From Acidimicrobiia bacterium (GTDB lineage: Bacteria; Actinomycetota; Acidimicrobiia; Acidimicrobiales; JBBSGY01): a DNA stretch of 64,000 nt. The stretch lies in the NCBI GenBank assembly GCA_039812705.1, contig JBDIBA010000003.1, positions 10,566 through 74,565 on the forward strand, read 5' to 3'. Positions 31,066 through 39,266 of the stretch are shown piece by piece. The translations under genes were made by a program, and so were the position numbers. The notes beneath the pieces are model-generated. The model worked only from the letters and a program-made list of their open reading frames with translations. It did not search any database and was not told the DNA's origin. Each line of letters starts with the position of its first letter. Position 1 is the stretch's first letter.

Positions 31066-31100
31066 TTCCCATTGGAACTCGGACTGGTTGAGCAATCAGA

Positions 31101-31116
31101 TGTTTCACGTGAAACA
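31101..31116. promoter_or_regulatory. parS site 2
   Basis: Exact match to the canonical 16-bp parS consensus. Confidence 0.95.
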
Positions 31117-31152
31117 TCTGGCTTCCCTCGTTACCTAGAAAGGACGTGCGAA

Positions 31153-31168
31153 TGTTTCACGTGAAACA
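31153..31168. promoter_or_regulatory. parS site 3
   Basis: Exact match to the canonical 16-bp parS consensus. Confidence 0.95.
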
Positions 31169-31216
31169 TTCGCACTGTCGTAACTACCGGGCTTCAGGTG
31201 GGATATTGGCCCGAGA

Positions 31217-31232
31217 TGTTTCACGTGAAACA
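31217..31232. promoter_or_regulatory. parS site 4
   Basis: Exact match to the canonical 16-bp parS consensus. Confidence 0.95.
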
Positions 31233-31278
31233 TCTCGGGCCTGAAACTGGCTGTGCGCCTTCACCCGAACCAGAGGAA

Positions 31279-31294
31279 TGTTTCACGTGAAACA
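31279..31294. promoter_or_regulatory. parS site 5
   Basis: Exact match to the canonical 16-bp parS consensus. Confidence 0.95.
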
Positions 31295-31340
31295 TTCCTC
31301 TGGTTTCCGGATGGCTCGATGCGTGAAAACTTGCTCAAGA

Positions 31341-31356
31341 TGTTTCACGTGAAACA
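31341..31356. promoter_or_regulatory. parS site 6
   Basis: Exact match to the canonical 16-bp parS consensus. Confidence 0.95.
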
Positions 31357-31405
31357 TCCCAATGTCTCACTCAGCCTGTAGCGTGCAGCGCATGAGGATT
31401 CTCCG

Positions 31406-32170
31406 ATGACGCGGATACTTACCGTCGCGAACCAGAAAGGCGGGGTGGGTAAAACCACAACCGCGGTCAATCTTTCTTCGGCGCTTGGCGAGGAGGGAAA
31501 GCGAGTGCTTCTCGTTGACCTGGACCCCCAGGCAAACGCCACCACGGGTGTGGGGGTGGACTCCGAAAAGATCGATAACTCCACATACGACCTGCTTCTA
31601 GGGGACTCAGAGCCTGCTGAGTGTGTCGTAGAGACGATCTATCCGAATCTCTGGCTCGCTCCGGCAACTATTGATTTGGCTGGCGCAGAGGTAGAGCTCG
31701 TTTCCGAGCTTGCCCGCGAGAATCGCCTCAAGAATTCCCTCGCCAAGGTCTCAGACCAGTATGACTTCGTCATTATTGATTGCCCTCCGTCATTGGGACT
31801 GCTGACAATCAATGGCTTCATTGCAGCTAGGGAAGTCTTGTTGCCCATCCAGTGCGAGTACTACGCGTTGGAGGGTGTCGGGCAGCTGGTCCAGAATGTC
31901 GACCGTATTCGCAGCGCTTTGAACCCTGAGCTGCACATCAGCCACGTCTTGCTGACCATGTACGACGCACGTACGAAGTTGTCATCGCAGGTCTCGCGAG
32001 ACGTCAAGCAATTCTTTGGTGATCGTCTCTGTAAGACCGTCATCCCAAGAAGCGTCAGGCTCTCTGAGGCGCCGTCATACGGACAGCCAATTTCAGTGTT
32101 CGATCCGCTTTCACGCGGTGCCGGCGCGTACCGCGACTTGGCTAAGGAGGTCATCGATGGCGAGGCGTAG
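31406..32170 (+). CDS. parA: Chromosome partitioning ATPase ParA (Soj)
   Basis: Deviant Walker A, VANQKGGVGKTTT, then DLDPQANAT and IIDCPPSLG. Confidence 0.96.
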   Translation: MTRILTVANQKGGVGKTTTAVNLSSALGEEGKRVLLVDLDPQANATTGVGVDSEKIDNSTYDLLLGDSEPAECVVETIYPNLWLAPATIDLAGAEVELVSELARENRLKNSLAKVSDQYDFVIIDCPPSLGLLTINGFIAAREVLLPIQCEYYALEGVGQLVQNVDRIRSALNPELHISHVLLTMYDARTKLSSQVSRDVKQFFGDRLCKTVIPRSVRLSEAPSYGQPISVFDPLSRGAGAYRDLAKEVIDGEA

Positions 32171-33047
32171 TGGTCTTGGTAAGGGTCTGGGCGCCCTGAT
32201 TCCCGCAGGGGAGCCCGTGGCAGACGGATCGGCCACCTTTAAGACGGTCCCGATCAAGTCGATTGTGCCGAACACATTTCAGCCTCGGCGACACCTTGAC
32301 GAGAAAGATCTTGCGTCCTTGGCCGCATCGATCAAGGAAGTCGGAGTTCTCCAACCTCTGCTTGTGCGTCCACAGGCCGGGGGAGAAGGCTACGAACTGA
32401 TCGCAGGTGAGCGGCGTTGGAGAGCTTCTAAGCAAGCTGGGCTTGATCAGGTGCCCGTAATTGTCCGCACCAGCCAGGACAACGCATCGCTTGAAGAGGC
32501 GCTGGTCGAGAACCTTCACCGACGAGACCTCAATGCCATTGACGAGGCCGCTGCTTACCAGCAGTTGATTGATGATTTTTCAATGACACACGAGTCTGTT
32601 GGCAAGCGTGTCGGAAAGAGCCGCACTGCGGTGAGTAACTTGCTGCGCTTGTTGAGTCTGCAGCCAAAAGTTCAGCGCTTGTTGATTGAAGGTCACATCA
32701 CAGAGGGTCACGCTCGCGCCTTGCTAGGCACTACCGACAAGGCGTTCCAGGGACAACTTGCCGAGCGAGCTGCTCGCGATCAATGGTCCGTGCGCGCCGT
32801 GGAAGAGGCCGTCAAGGACCGACATGGGGCAGTGGTCGATGTCACGGAACGGACCAAGTCAGCTCCGACAAAACAAGACGCTCCCGCCTTAGAATGGCAA
32901 GAGCGTCTTGTTGACTATTTGGACACCAAGGTGACCGTATCGGGCGGGGCGAAGAAGGGGAGAGTCACGATTGACTTTGCCGGCCCAGAGGATCTGGAGC
33001 GCATAGCGGACCTAATTCTCAAGGCTCCTAAGCGCGCGAAAGCCTAA
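32157..33047 (+). CDS. parB: Chromosome partitioning protein ParB (Spo0J)
   Basis: Start taken at MARRSGLGKGLGALI (ATG 32157, 14-nt overlap with parA). Has the CTPase/ParB box LIAGERRWRAS and an HTH region. The track ORF start (32016) lies inside parA. Confidence 0.93.
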   Translation: MARRSGLGKGLGALIPAGEPVADGSATFKTVPIKSIVPNTFQPRRHLDEKDLASLAASIKEVGVLQPLLVRPQAGGEGYELIAGERRWRASKQAGLDQVPVIVRTSQDNASLEEALVENLHRRDLNAIDEAAAYQQLIDDFSMTHESVGKRVGKSRTAVSNLLRLLSLQPKVQRLLIEGHITEGHARALLGTTDKAFQGQLAERAARDQWSVRAVEEAVKDRHGAVVDVTERTKSAPTKQDAPALEWQERLVDYLDTKVTVSGGAKKGRVTIDFAGPEDLERIADLILKAPKRAKA

Positions 33048-33079
33048 ATGTGAATCCCATTGTTGTAAGCCTCGACTCT

Positions 33080-33112
33080 CAATCCACACCCTGGGGAAGA
33101 CTTTGTGGATAA
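33080..33112. promoter_or_regulatory. Convergent DnaA-box pair between parB and trxA
   Basis: CAATCCACA at 33080-88 and a perfect TGTGGATAA at 33104-12, which is the reverse complement of TTATCCACA. Confidence 0.45.
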
Positions 33113-33115
33113 CTC

Positions 33116-33442
33116 TCAGACGTGTGAACCGAGCTGGCTTAGCAGTTGGTCCTTGCCATAAGCACCGACGATTCGCACGTCTGTTGCTTGTCCATCCTTG
33201 AAGAGGATCATCGTTGGAATGCTCATCACTTCGAACTGCTGGGCAATTGCGGGGTTTTCGTCCACGTTCAGCTTGCCAATACGCAGTGATCCGCTCTTCT
33301 CATCTGCGATTTCGTCGAGGATTGGGCCAACGCGCTTGCACGGACCACACCATTCGGCCCAGAAATCCACAAGGATCGGGGCGGAAGAGTCGCCGATCTC
33401 CGATTCAAAGTTGTCGTTGTTAAGGGTTACTGGCGCAGCCAT
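33116..33442 (-). CDS. trxA: Thioredoxin
   Basis: WCGPC active site. 108 aa from MAAPVTLNNDNF (ATG 33442). The track ORF extends a further 21 codons upstream. Confidence 0.93.
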   Translation of the reverse strand: MAAPVTLNNDNFESEIGDSSAPILVDFWAEWCGPCKRVGPILDEIADEKSGSLRIGKLNVDENPAIAQQFEVMSIPTMILFKDGQATDVRIVGAYGKDQLLSQLGSHV

Positions 33443-33623
33443 TTGACCTCCAATAGGTAGTTGATTGGTTAAAACCTTTTGCGGCTTGTGCATATTCCTG
33501 TGCACAAGCCGGCGTCAAAGAATAAGTGCGAGAGGGCGCGAATTGCCTTGGAACGATGACTTATCCATAGGCGTCTTGATTGCTGGATCGGGCCCCGGTT
33601 AAGGGTGGGAAATCTGGAGCCGG

Positions 33624-34580
33624 TCAGTGGTGAGAGATCTCGTTGGCTTCCAGCCAGCGTTCCACTTCGATCGCTGCCATGCAGCCAGACCCAGCAGCGG
33701 TGATCGCCTGGCGGTAGGTCGAGTCCTGAACATCGCCGGCGGCGAACACCCCTTCAACGTTGGTCTGGGTGGTGCCCGGAACCGTCTTGATGTAACCGGA
33801 GTCAAACATCTCAACCTGGTCGGTAAAGAGCGTGGTGTTGGGGATGTGACCAATAGCGACAAAAAGGCCGTCCACTGAGAGTGAGCGAATATCGCCTGTT
33901 TCCGTGTCGGTCAGTTCCAGGGATTCCACTTTCGATTCGCCGACGATGTCCGAAACAACCGAGTTCCAGACAAACTCCAACTTGGGATTCTTGAAAGCCC
34001 GGTCTTGCATGATCTTGGAGGCGCGGAGAGAGTCTCGTCTGTGGATTAGTAGCACCTTGTCGGCAAACTTGGTCAAGAAGGTGGCTTCCTCGATTGCCGA
34101 GTCACCGCCACCGACCACCGCGACCGTTTTCCCACGGAAGAAGAATCCGTCGCAGGTTGCGCAGGTGGAAAGGCCGCGCCCAATCAAGCGATCTTCTGCC
34201 TCGAGGCCAAGCATTCGCGAGCGAGCACCCGTTGAGATGATGATGGACTCGCTCGTGATTTCCCGGTCGCCAACCCACACCTTGAACGGACGCTGTGAGA
34301 AGTCGACGCGTGTGGCTTTCTCGGTAATGAACTCGGTTCCGAAGCGTTCTGCTTGGCCTCGGAAACGACTCATCAGCTCGGGGCCTTCAATGCCCTCGAC
34401 AAAGCCGGGATAGTTCTCGATGTCGGTTGTCAACATCAACTGACCACCGGGTTGATCGGCGGTGGAAGAGGGTTCGCCTTCAATAACCAGCGGCTTGAGG
34501 TTGGCGCGAGCCGTGTAGATGGCGGCGGTCAGGCCCGATGGACCTGAGCCGATGATGACAACCGAACGTACTTCTGACAC
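33624..34580 (-). CDS. trxB: Thioredoxin-disulfide reductase
   Basis: FAD motif GSGPSG, redox CATCDG, NADPH motif GGGDSAIEEA, and the GVFAAGD tail. Confidence 0.96.
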   Translation of the reverse strand: MSEVRSVVIIGSGPSGLTAAIYTARANLKPLVIEGEPSSTADQPGGQLMLTTDIENYPGFVEGIEGPELMSRFRGQAERFGTEFITEKATRVDFSQRPFKVWVGDREITSESIIISTGARSRMLGLEAEDRLIGRGLSTCATCDGFFFRGKTVAVVGGGDSAIEEATFLTKFADKVLLIHRRDSLRASKIMQDRAFKNPKLEFVWNSVVSDIVGESKVESLELTDTETGDIRSLSVDGLFVAIGHIPNTTLFTDQVEMFDSGYIKTVPGTTQTNVEGVFAAGDVQDSTYRQAITAAGSGCMAAIEVERWLEANEISHH

Positions 34581-34586
34581 TGGCTT

Positions 34587-34952
34587 TTAGCTTTCTTGGG
34601 TGCTGACCTTTGGCTTGCGCTTCGACCAGAGCAACAGCCCGGCGATCACGAAAATTGCACCAGCGATTGCGTAGGCGAACCAAACGCTTTCGGGAACCCC
34701 AGGAATGTTGTCGAGGTAGATGTCAAGCAGGCGGACTCCGGCAACACTGAGAATGATCAGCGCGACAACGCCCAAAACACCAGCTAGAAGACCATAAACG
34801 ATGGCCCTTGCGATGGTTGTGAGAGGCACAACAGCCTTGTCCCTGACGACATCGACGCAGGTTTCAATGAATTCGGACGCTTCAGAAACCCAGTCGTTAC
34901 CTGACGAAGGCTTTTTCCCAAGAGAGAACATGGGCCTCACAATACCCATCAC
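34587..34952 (-). CDS. Small two-TM membrane protein (actinobacterial holin-X / DUF1469-like)
   Basis: 121 aa with two long hydrophobic helices separated by a short loop, and a basic C-terminus. Confidence 0.5.
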   Translation of the reverse strand: MMGIVRPMFSLGKKPSSGNDWVSEASEFIETCVDVVRDKAVVPLTTIARAIVYGLLAGVLGVVALIILSVAGVRLLDIYLDNIPGVPESVWFAYAIAGAIFVIAGLLLWSKRKPKVSTQES

Positions 34953-34989
34953 ATCGCGGTATCTGCCCGGATAGGTGACGCGATGTTGG

Positions 34990-36765
34990 CTATCCGTTGT
35001 TGAGCTTTGCCTCTACGACCGACAAACGGTTGGAATCGCCAAGGTTCGTGAACCAAATGAGAACTGCTGAACCTTGCGCATTGTGCAGATCGAACTGGGC
35101 GTTTTGACCAAGTCCACTTTGAGTGTCGACCGGGTTTCCCCACTCCGTCAGGCGCGAGCCGGGGGAGTTGGCCACATAGATCTGGGCACTCCATCCCTGG
35201 TTGCGAGCATCGACTTCCAGTGTCTTCATCTCGGCTGGACGGCTGGTTCGAAGCACCAGGCCAATTCCTCGCTTGAGGTTGCCGAAACGTGGTGACGAGT
35301 AGGTCTGGGTGGACCAAAAAGTTTGAGGGTTGTCGTCAATGGCGTTGTTTGCTTGAGCGCTGTTCTCGTCACCGTCGCCAGGCGGTGGGTCAAACGCGGA
35401 GGCCCTGGAAAAGCTGACGGCGGACTCGGTTTCGACCGGAGCTGCAGCGTTCTCGGTGTTGTCGCCGGCGCTTCCGATCACACGGCCAAGAATGACGGCC
35501 AGCAGGATTGCGGCAAGTACGGCAGCACTGGCCATGTATCGCCGGTTGACCTTCTTCTCGTGCGCGCGATGAATGGTTTCCTCACGCATGAGCTCGGGAG
35601 AAAGACGAGCGTGTTTGGGCTGCTCATTAAACGGTTCGTCTTCGACGGCGTCGAAGTGATGGGCTTGGGTGGCGTGAGCGTTCAGGTCGTTGGATTGCGT
35701 GTTGACGACCGGAGTCTCGGCCGTCGGCCATTCTCCGGCGGGATTCGTGTTGTCCGAAGTGGGCCTGAACTGGCCCGTGTCGTGGGCACTGTCATTGCGA
35801 ATGAAACCCACGGCTGAGGTGGTGGGGTCGTTTTGTGGTGCAACCGGAGCCGGCAGCATGACTCGGCGATTTGCCACGGTCGGGTCGGAAACAGAATTGA
35901 AGTGGTCGACCTTCTGGTTAGGCCAGTTGTCGTCGAGATATCGGCTGGTGCTGGGCCTTTCGATGGATCGCAATTGTCGTGCGATATCGCCTGCGGAGTC
36001 GAAGCGGTCCTCTGGGTTCTCGGCCGTCGCGCGCTCAATGGTGGTGTTGAGTTGCTGCGAAGCGGCTTCGTTCTCGCCATTGCCATGAGTCAGTTCATTG
36101 AGAAGAGTCCCGATGGCCCAGATATCACTCGCTGAAGTTGGTTGTTCGCCCTTGCACTGCTCTGGCGCCGTGTAGCGATTGCGAAGCTTGGCGTCTTGAG
36201 AGCCACCAAGTGCGTCTTCGGGCGTTTCGGCCACGGCCTTGGCAATGCCAAAGTCTGAAACAACTACCCGGTGGTCTCCGCCAACAATGACGATGTTGTC
36301 CGGAGTGATGTCACCGTGGACGACGCCGCTGTTGTGCGCGTAGTCGAGAGCTTCGGCAACTTGCTTGACCATTGTTACGGCGGCACGCGGGTCAAGAGGA
36401 CCGCTGGCCATGATTTCGGTAAGTGTGCGGCCATCGAGGTGACCAGCGACGATGAATGTGGTGTCGTCTTCTTGGCCCGTGTCGTAAGTGGGCGCGACAT
36501 GCGGGTGGGTCAGGCGTGCAGCTGCGATGGCGGCATCGTGGAGCCGTGTTGCAAATGTCTCGTCGCGGGCCAGGTCTGGGTGAAGCAGCTTGATGCGTAC
36601 CGGACGCTGAAGCACCAGGTCAACGCCCAGCCATAGCTCCGGCGTGGAGCCAATGATTAGTGGTGTCTCTAGCCGGTAACGGCGGCGCAACACACGACCA
36701 GAAGTAAAGGAAGAAGTAGATAGCGTTGACACGATGGCTCCGAGGGTATCGCGTTGGGTCAACAA
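34990..36765 (-). CDS. Ser/Thr protein-kinase-like protein (degenerate motifs), single TM segment, extracellular F5/8-type-C/discoidin-like domain
   Basis: Kinase fold has HGD in place of HRD (VVHGDITPDNIV), DFG is present (SDFGIAKA), and there is no canonical GxGxxG loop. TM segment AAVLAAILLAVILG. The C-terminus NNAIDDNPQTFWSTQ is typical of discoidin-like domains. Confidence 0.8.
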   Translation of the reverse strand: MLTQRDTLGAIVSTLSTSSFTSGRVLRRRYRLETPLIIGSTPELWLGVDLVLQRPVRIKLLHPDLARDETFATRLHDAAIAAARLTHPHVAPTYDTGQEDDTTFIVAGHLDGRTLTEIMASGPLDPRAAVTMVKQVAEALDYAHNSGVVHGDITPDNIVIVGGDHRVVVSDFGIAKAVAETPEDALGGSQDAKLRNRYTAPEQCKGEQPTSASDIWAIGTLLNELTHGNGENEAASQQLNTTIERATAENPEDRFDSAGDIARQLRSIERPSTSRYLDDNWPNQKVDHFNSVSDPTVANRRVMLPAPVAPQNDPTTSAVGFIRNDSAHDTGQFRPTSDNTNPAGEWPTAETPVVNTQSNDLNAHATQAHHFDAVEDEPFNEQPKHARLSPELMREETIHRAHEKKVNRRYMASAAVLAAILLAVILGRVIGSAGDNTENAAAPVETESAVSFSRASAFDPPPGDGDENSAQANNAIDDNPQTFWSTQTYSSPRFGNLKRGIGLVLRTSRPAEMKTLEVDARNQGWSAQIYVANSPGSRLTEWGNPVDTQSGLGQNAQFDLHNAQGSAVLIWFTNLGDSNRLSVVEAKLNNG

Positions 36766-36815
36766 AACCTGATTCGAGTACTCGGGTTTCAGAACATTCT
36801 TGAAATTGTTTTTCG

Positions 36816-37673
36816 TCAGTCGTGCGTTACGGGAGCGAAAGTCACGGCAATCAAACCCTTGCCGCCGTGGACTCCAATAGTTGGGCCCATCTCGCAGCGA
36901 AGGACGTCTTTGGCTGCGACCGCGGGCTTGAGCATCTCGATGAACTCGTCGACATCGTCAGCGCCGGAATCACAAACGCCGACTTTTTCGACAGGAGCGT
37001 TTTCCAACACGATGTTTGCCAGTTGCCTGAGCGATTTGGAGCGGGTGCGTTGCTTGGAAACCGGCTTCACAACGCCTTCTTCAATGGTGATGAGCGGCTT
37101 TACCGACAAGAGAGTCGCAAAGAATGCACCGGCGGCACCGATGCGGCCGCCTTTGCGGAGATTTTCCAGCGTGTTGAGTGCGCCAAAGAGTTTCTGGTTT
37201 GCGGCGCATTGTTTGGCAGTTGCTTCTACGGAATTGAGGTCGCTGCCCGATTGTGCGGCGAGCGCCGCGGCTTCGACAATCCGCGCTTGGCCAACGGTGC
37301 ACGTCTTGGAATCAACGACTCGCACGTCAATGTCGTCCTTGACGATTTGCGCCGCGCCCATTGCCGACTGAAATGTTGCAGATAGCTCGGCCGACAAAGT
37401 CACACAAACCACACCTTGTGCGCCTTGGCTCTTTGCTTTGGTGAACGCTTCGGCAAAAGCACCAGGTGAAGGGGCTGCCGTCCCGGGAAGTTCTTCGCTG
37501 GTGTCCGCGCGGCGCCAAAACTCTTCGCGAGATAGTTCGATTTTGTCGACGAACTCCTCGTCACCGAATCGGACGGACAGGGGTACGACATCGACGCCCA
37601 GTTCTTGGAGGCGGGCGTCGTCAAGATCGCTCGCGCTGTCAGTAATTACTGCGATTTGCTTCGGTGTAGTCAT
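36816..37673 (-). CDS. DegV family fatty-acid-binding protein
   Basis: N-terminal IAVITDSASDL and the conserved TAAPSPG motif. 285 aa. Confidence 0.88.
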   Translation of the reverse strand: MTTPKQIAVITDSASDLDDARLQELGVDVVPLSVRFGDEEFVDKIELSREEFWRRADTSEELPGTAAPSPGAFAEAFTKAKSQGAQGVVCVTLSAELSATFQSAMGAAQIVKDDIDVRVVDSKTCTVGQARIVEAAALAAQSGSDLNSVEATAKQCAANQKLFGALNTLENLRKGGRIGAAGAFFATLLSVKPLITIEEGVVKPVSKQRTRSKSLRQLANIVLENAPVEKVGVCDSGADDVDEFIEMLKPAVAAKDVLRCEMGPTIGVHGGKGLIAVTFAPVTHD

Positions 37674-39266
37674 TTATCTGATCTTCCAGACGTTGGAAAA
37701 CCGCTTGGTGAACTGTCGGAACTCCGGAATCCGGCAAAGCCACGCGGCCACTGCATATGTCAATGCGCCCAACACTACGGCGATTACCAGCGTGAACGCG
37801 GGAGCCAGGTTGACGTAAGCCTTTGTGAAGTAAACAACTGCCGCCATTGGGATGGTTGCGGCGACGATCCGCGCCGTGCCGTCTAAGAGGTTGCGTAGTT
37901 GCAGACCCTGGCTGCGATTGCGAACCACGCCGATTGCTGCAGCTGCGCCGATCAAATAGGCAATTGATTGAGCCAGCGCCAGGCCCTGCACACCTAGTGA
38001 TTGATAAAGGACAACGGCAAGCGCGATGTTCACCGCGTTCTCTAAAACGTAAAGCCAGAAAACGGCTTTTGCATCGGTGATTGCTTGCAGCGCGCGACTG
38101 CAATAGATGAACAGACTGAAACCGGGAAGACCGATGACCATGAGGGCCAATACGTCTGTGGTGCGACTTGCCGCCGCCGCGTCAAAGCTTCCGCGCAGAA
38201 GAACCGCTTGGACGATTTCGCTAGTCAGCAAGACATACCCAACAGCAGCGGGCACGATGGCAAACAGAATCAGGCGAACGCCTTCGACAAAACGCTTGCG
38301 ATACAGAGCAATGTTGGAGTCAGCCCACGCCTCTGCCAATGCAGGCTGCAACGCGCTCATTACAGAAACTGCATAGATGCCGTGCGGAAGAATGAAGAAC
38401 GTGTAGGACGTCAGCATTGCTGTTGTGTCGCCAACGTGACTGCCGGCAAGAACGAGGTTCACGGCCAGACAGATCTGGTTTGCCACCACGAAACCGGCAG
38501 TCCAACCCGACAGCTTGATGACTGCGCGCACCGCGCTGTGCTTTGGTTCCCAATGCAGGCGCAATCGGCCCTTGGATTCGGTCCGAACAAATGGAACAAG
38601 CACGAGCGCCATTGCTGCCACACCGGCGGTTGTTCCAATGCCGAGAATTGTCAGCAGTACGCGATCGTCGGTGACGTTGACTTCATGGAGATTGTTAAAG
38701 AAGCGGGGGAGTGCAACAAACAGGCAGATGAGTACCAAGTTGTTGAAAATTGGCGCGAACATCGGCGGTCCAAAGCGTCGACGCACGTTCAAAAGTGCCG
38801 TTGCAACGCTTATGAATCCGTACAGCGCGACTTGTGCAGCAAACAGGCGCAAAAGGAATGTGGCAACTGCTTTCTGGTCGGCGGCTAACGCACCGTGTCG
38901 CTTAGCCAAATAGAAGTCAATGATGTTGCCCGCACCAAGTGCGACTAAGACCGAAAGCAGACCAACGGCCGCAAGGACGATTGTCAGAACAGCAGAGACT
39001 GCCTTCCAACCTTCGTCTTCATCTGTTCTGAACTGTCTGACGAAAACGGGAATCAGCGTGGCTGACAAGATGCCGCCGACTACCAACTCGTACAACATGG
39101 TGGGGGTTTGGTTGGCTTGGTTGTAAGCGTCGGCCAGCGGGAACAATCCCAGCGCATATGCAAGGGCGATTGTTCTGCCGACACCGGTTATTCGAGACAG
39201 CAGCGTTCCAAGTGTCATCACTGCTGTGCTTCGAAAAAGACTTGTTTGACGGGCTGTTTGGCTCAT
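37674..39266 (-). CDS. murJ: Lipid II flippase MurJ (MviN)
   Basis: 14-TM MOP-superfamily pattern (SRITGVGR, NQTPTMLYELVVGGILSATLIPVF). Start set at MSQTARQ (ATG 39266), which forms an ATGA overlap with the upstream stop. The track ORF runs to 39326. Confidence 0.9.
   Translation of the reverse strand: MSQTARQTSLFRSTAVMTLGTLLSRITGVGRTIALAYALGLFPLADAYNQANQTPTMLYELVVGGILSATLIPVFVRQFRTDEDEGWKAVSAVLTIVLAAVGLLSVLVALGAGNIIDFYLAKRHGALAADQKAVATFLLRLFAAQVALYGFISVATALLNVRRRFGPPMFAPIFNNLVLICLFVALPRFFNNLHEVNVTDDRVLLTILGIGTTAGVAAMALVLVPFVRTESKGRLRLHWEPKHSAVRAVIKLSGWTAGFVVANQICLAVNLVLAGSHVGDTTAMLTSYTFFILPHGIYAVSVMSALQPALAEAWADSNIALYRKRFVEGVRLILFAIVPAAVGYVLLTSEIVQAVLLRGSFDAAAASRTTDVLALMVIGLPGFSLFIYCSRALQAITDAKAVFWLYVLENAVNIALAVVLYQSLGVQGLALAQSIAYLIGAAAAIGVVRNRSQGLQLRNLLDGTARIVAATIPMAAVVYFTKAYVNLAPAFTLVIAVVLGALTYAVAAWLCRIPEFRQFTKRFSNVWKIR

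Larger units (their letters stand above)
31041..31358. repeat. Array of six perfect parS sites, each within an extended perfect palindrome
   Basis: The 18-bp core ATGTTTCACGTGAAACAT occurs six times. Palindromes span 31041-74 (34 bp), 31097-120 (24), 31146-75 (30), 31208-41 (34), 31268-305 (38) and 31339-58 (20). Confidence 0.95.

Noticed and set aside
30844-31164. ORFs 30844..31164 (+), 30869..31117 (-) and 31345..31584 (-) across the parS spacer
   Set aside because: They are built from the repeated parS palindromes and the ends of rsmG and parA. They have no coding signal.
31041-31358. Regularly spaced 18-bp repeats with unique 33-46 bp intervening sequences, which could be mistaken for a small CRISPR array
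   Set aside because: The repeat is the canonical parS palindrome. It is much shorter than CRISPR repeats, and the apparent spacers are themselves palindromic arms of each site. No cas genes or leader are present, and the location (rsmG-parA) is the classic parS position.
32016-32156. Upstream extension of parB into parA
   Set aside because: ParB homology begins at MARRSGLGKGLG (32157). The extension lies entirely within the parA coding sequence.
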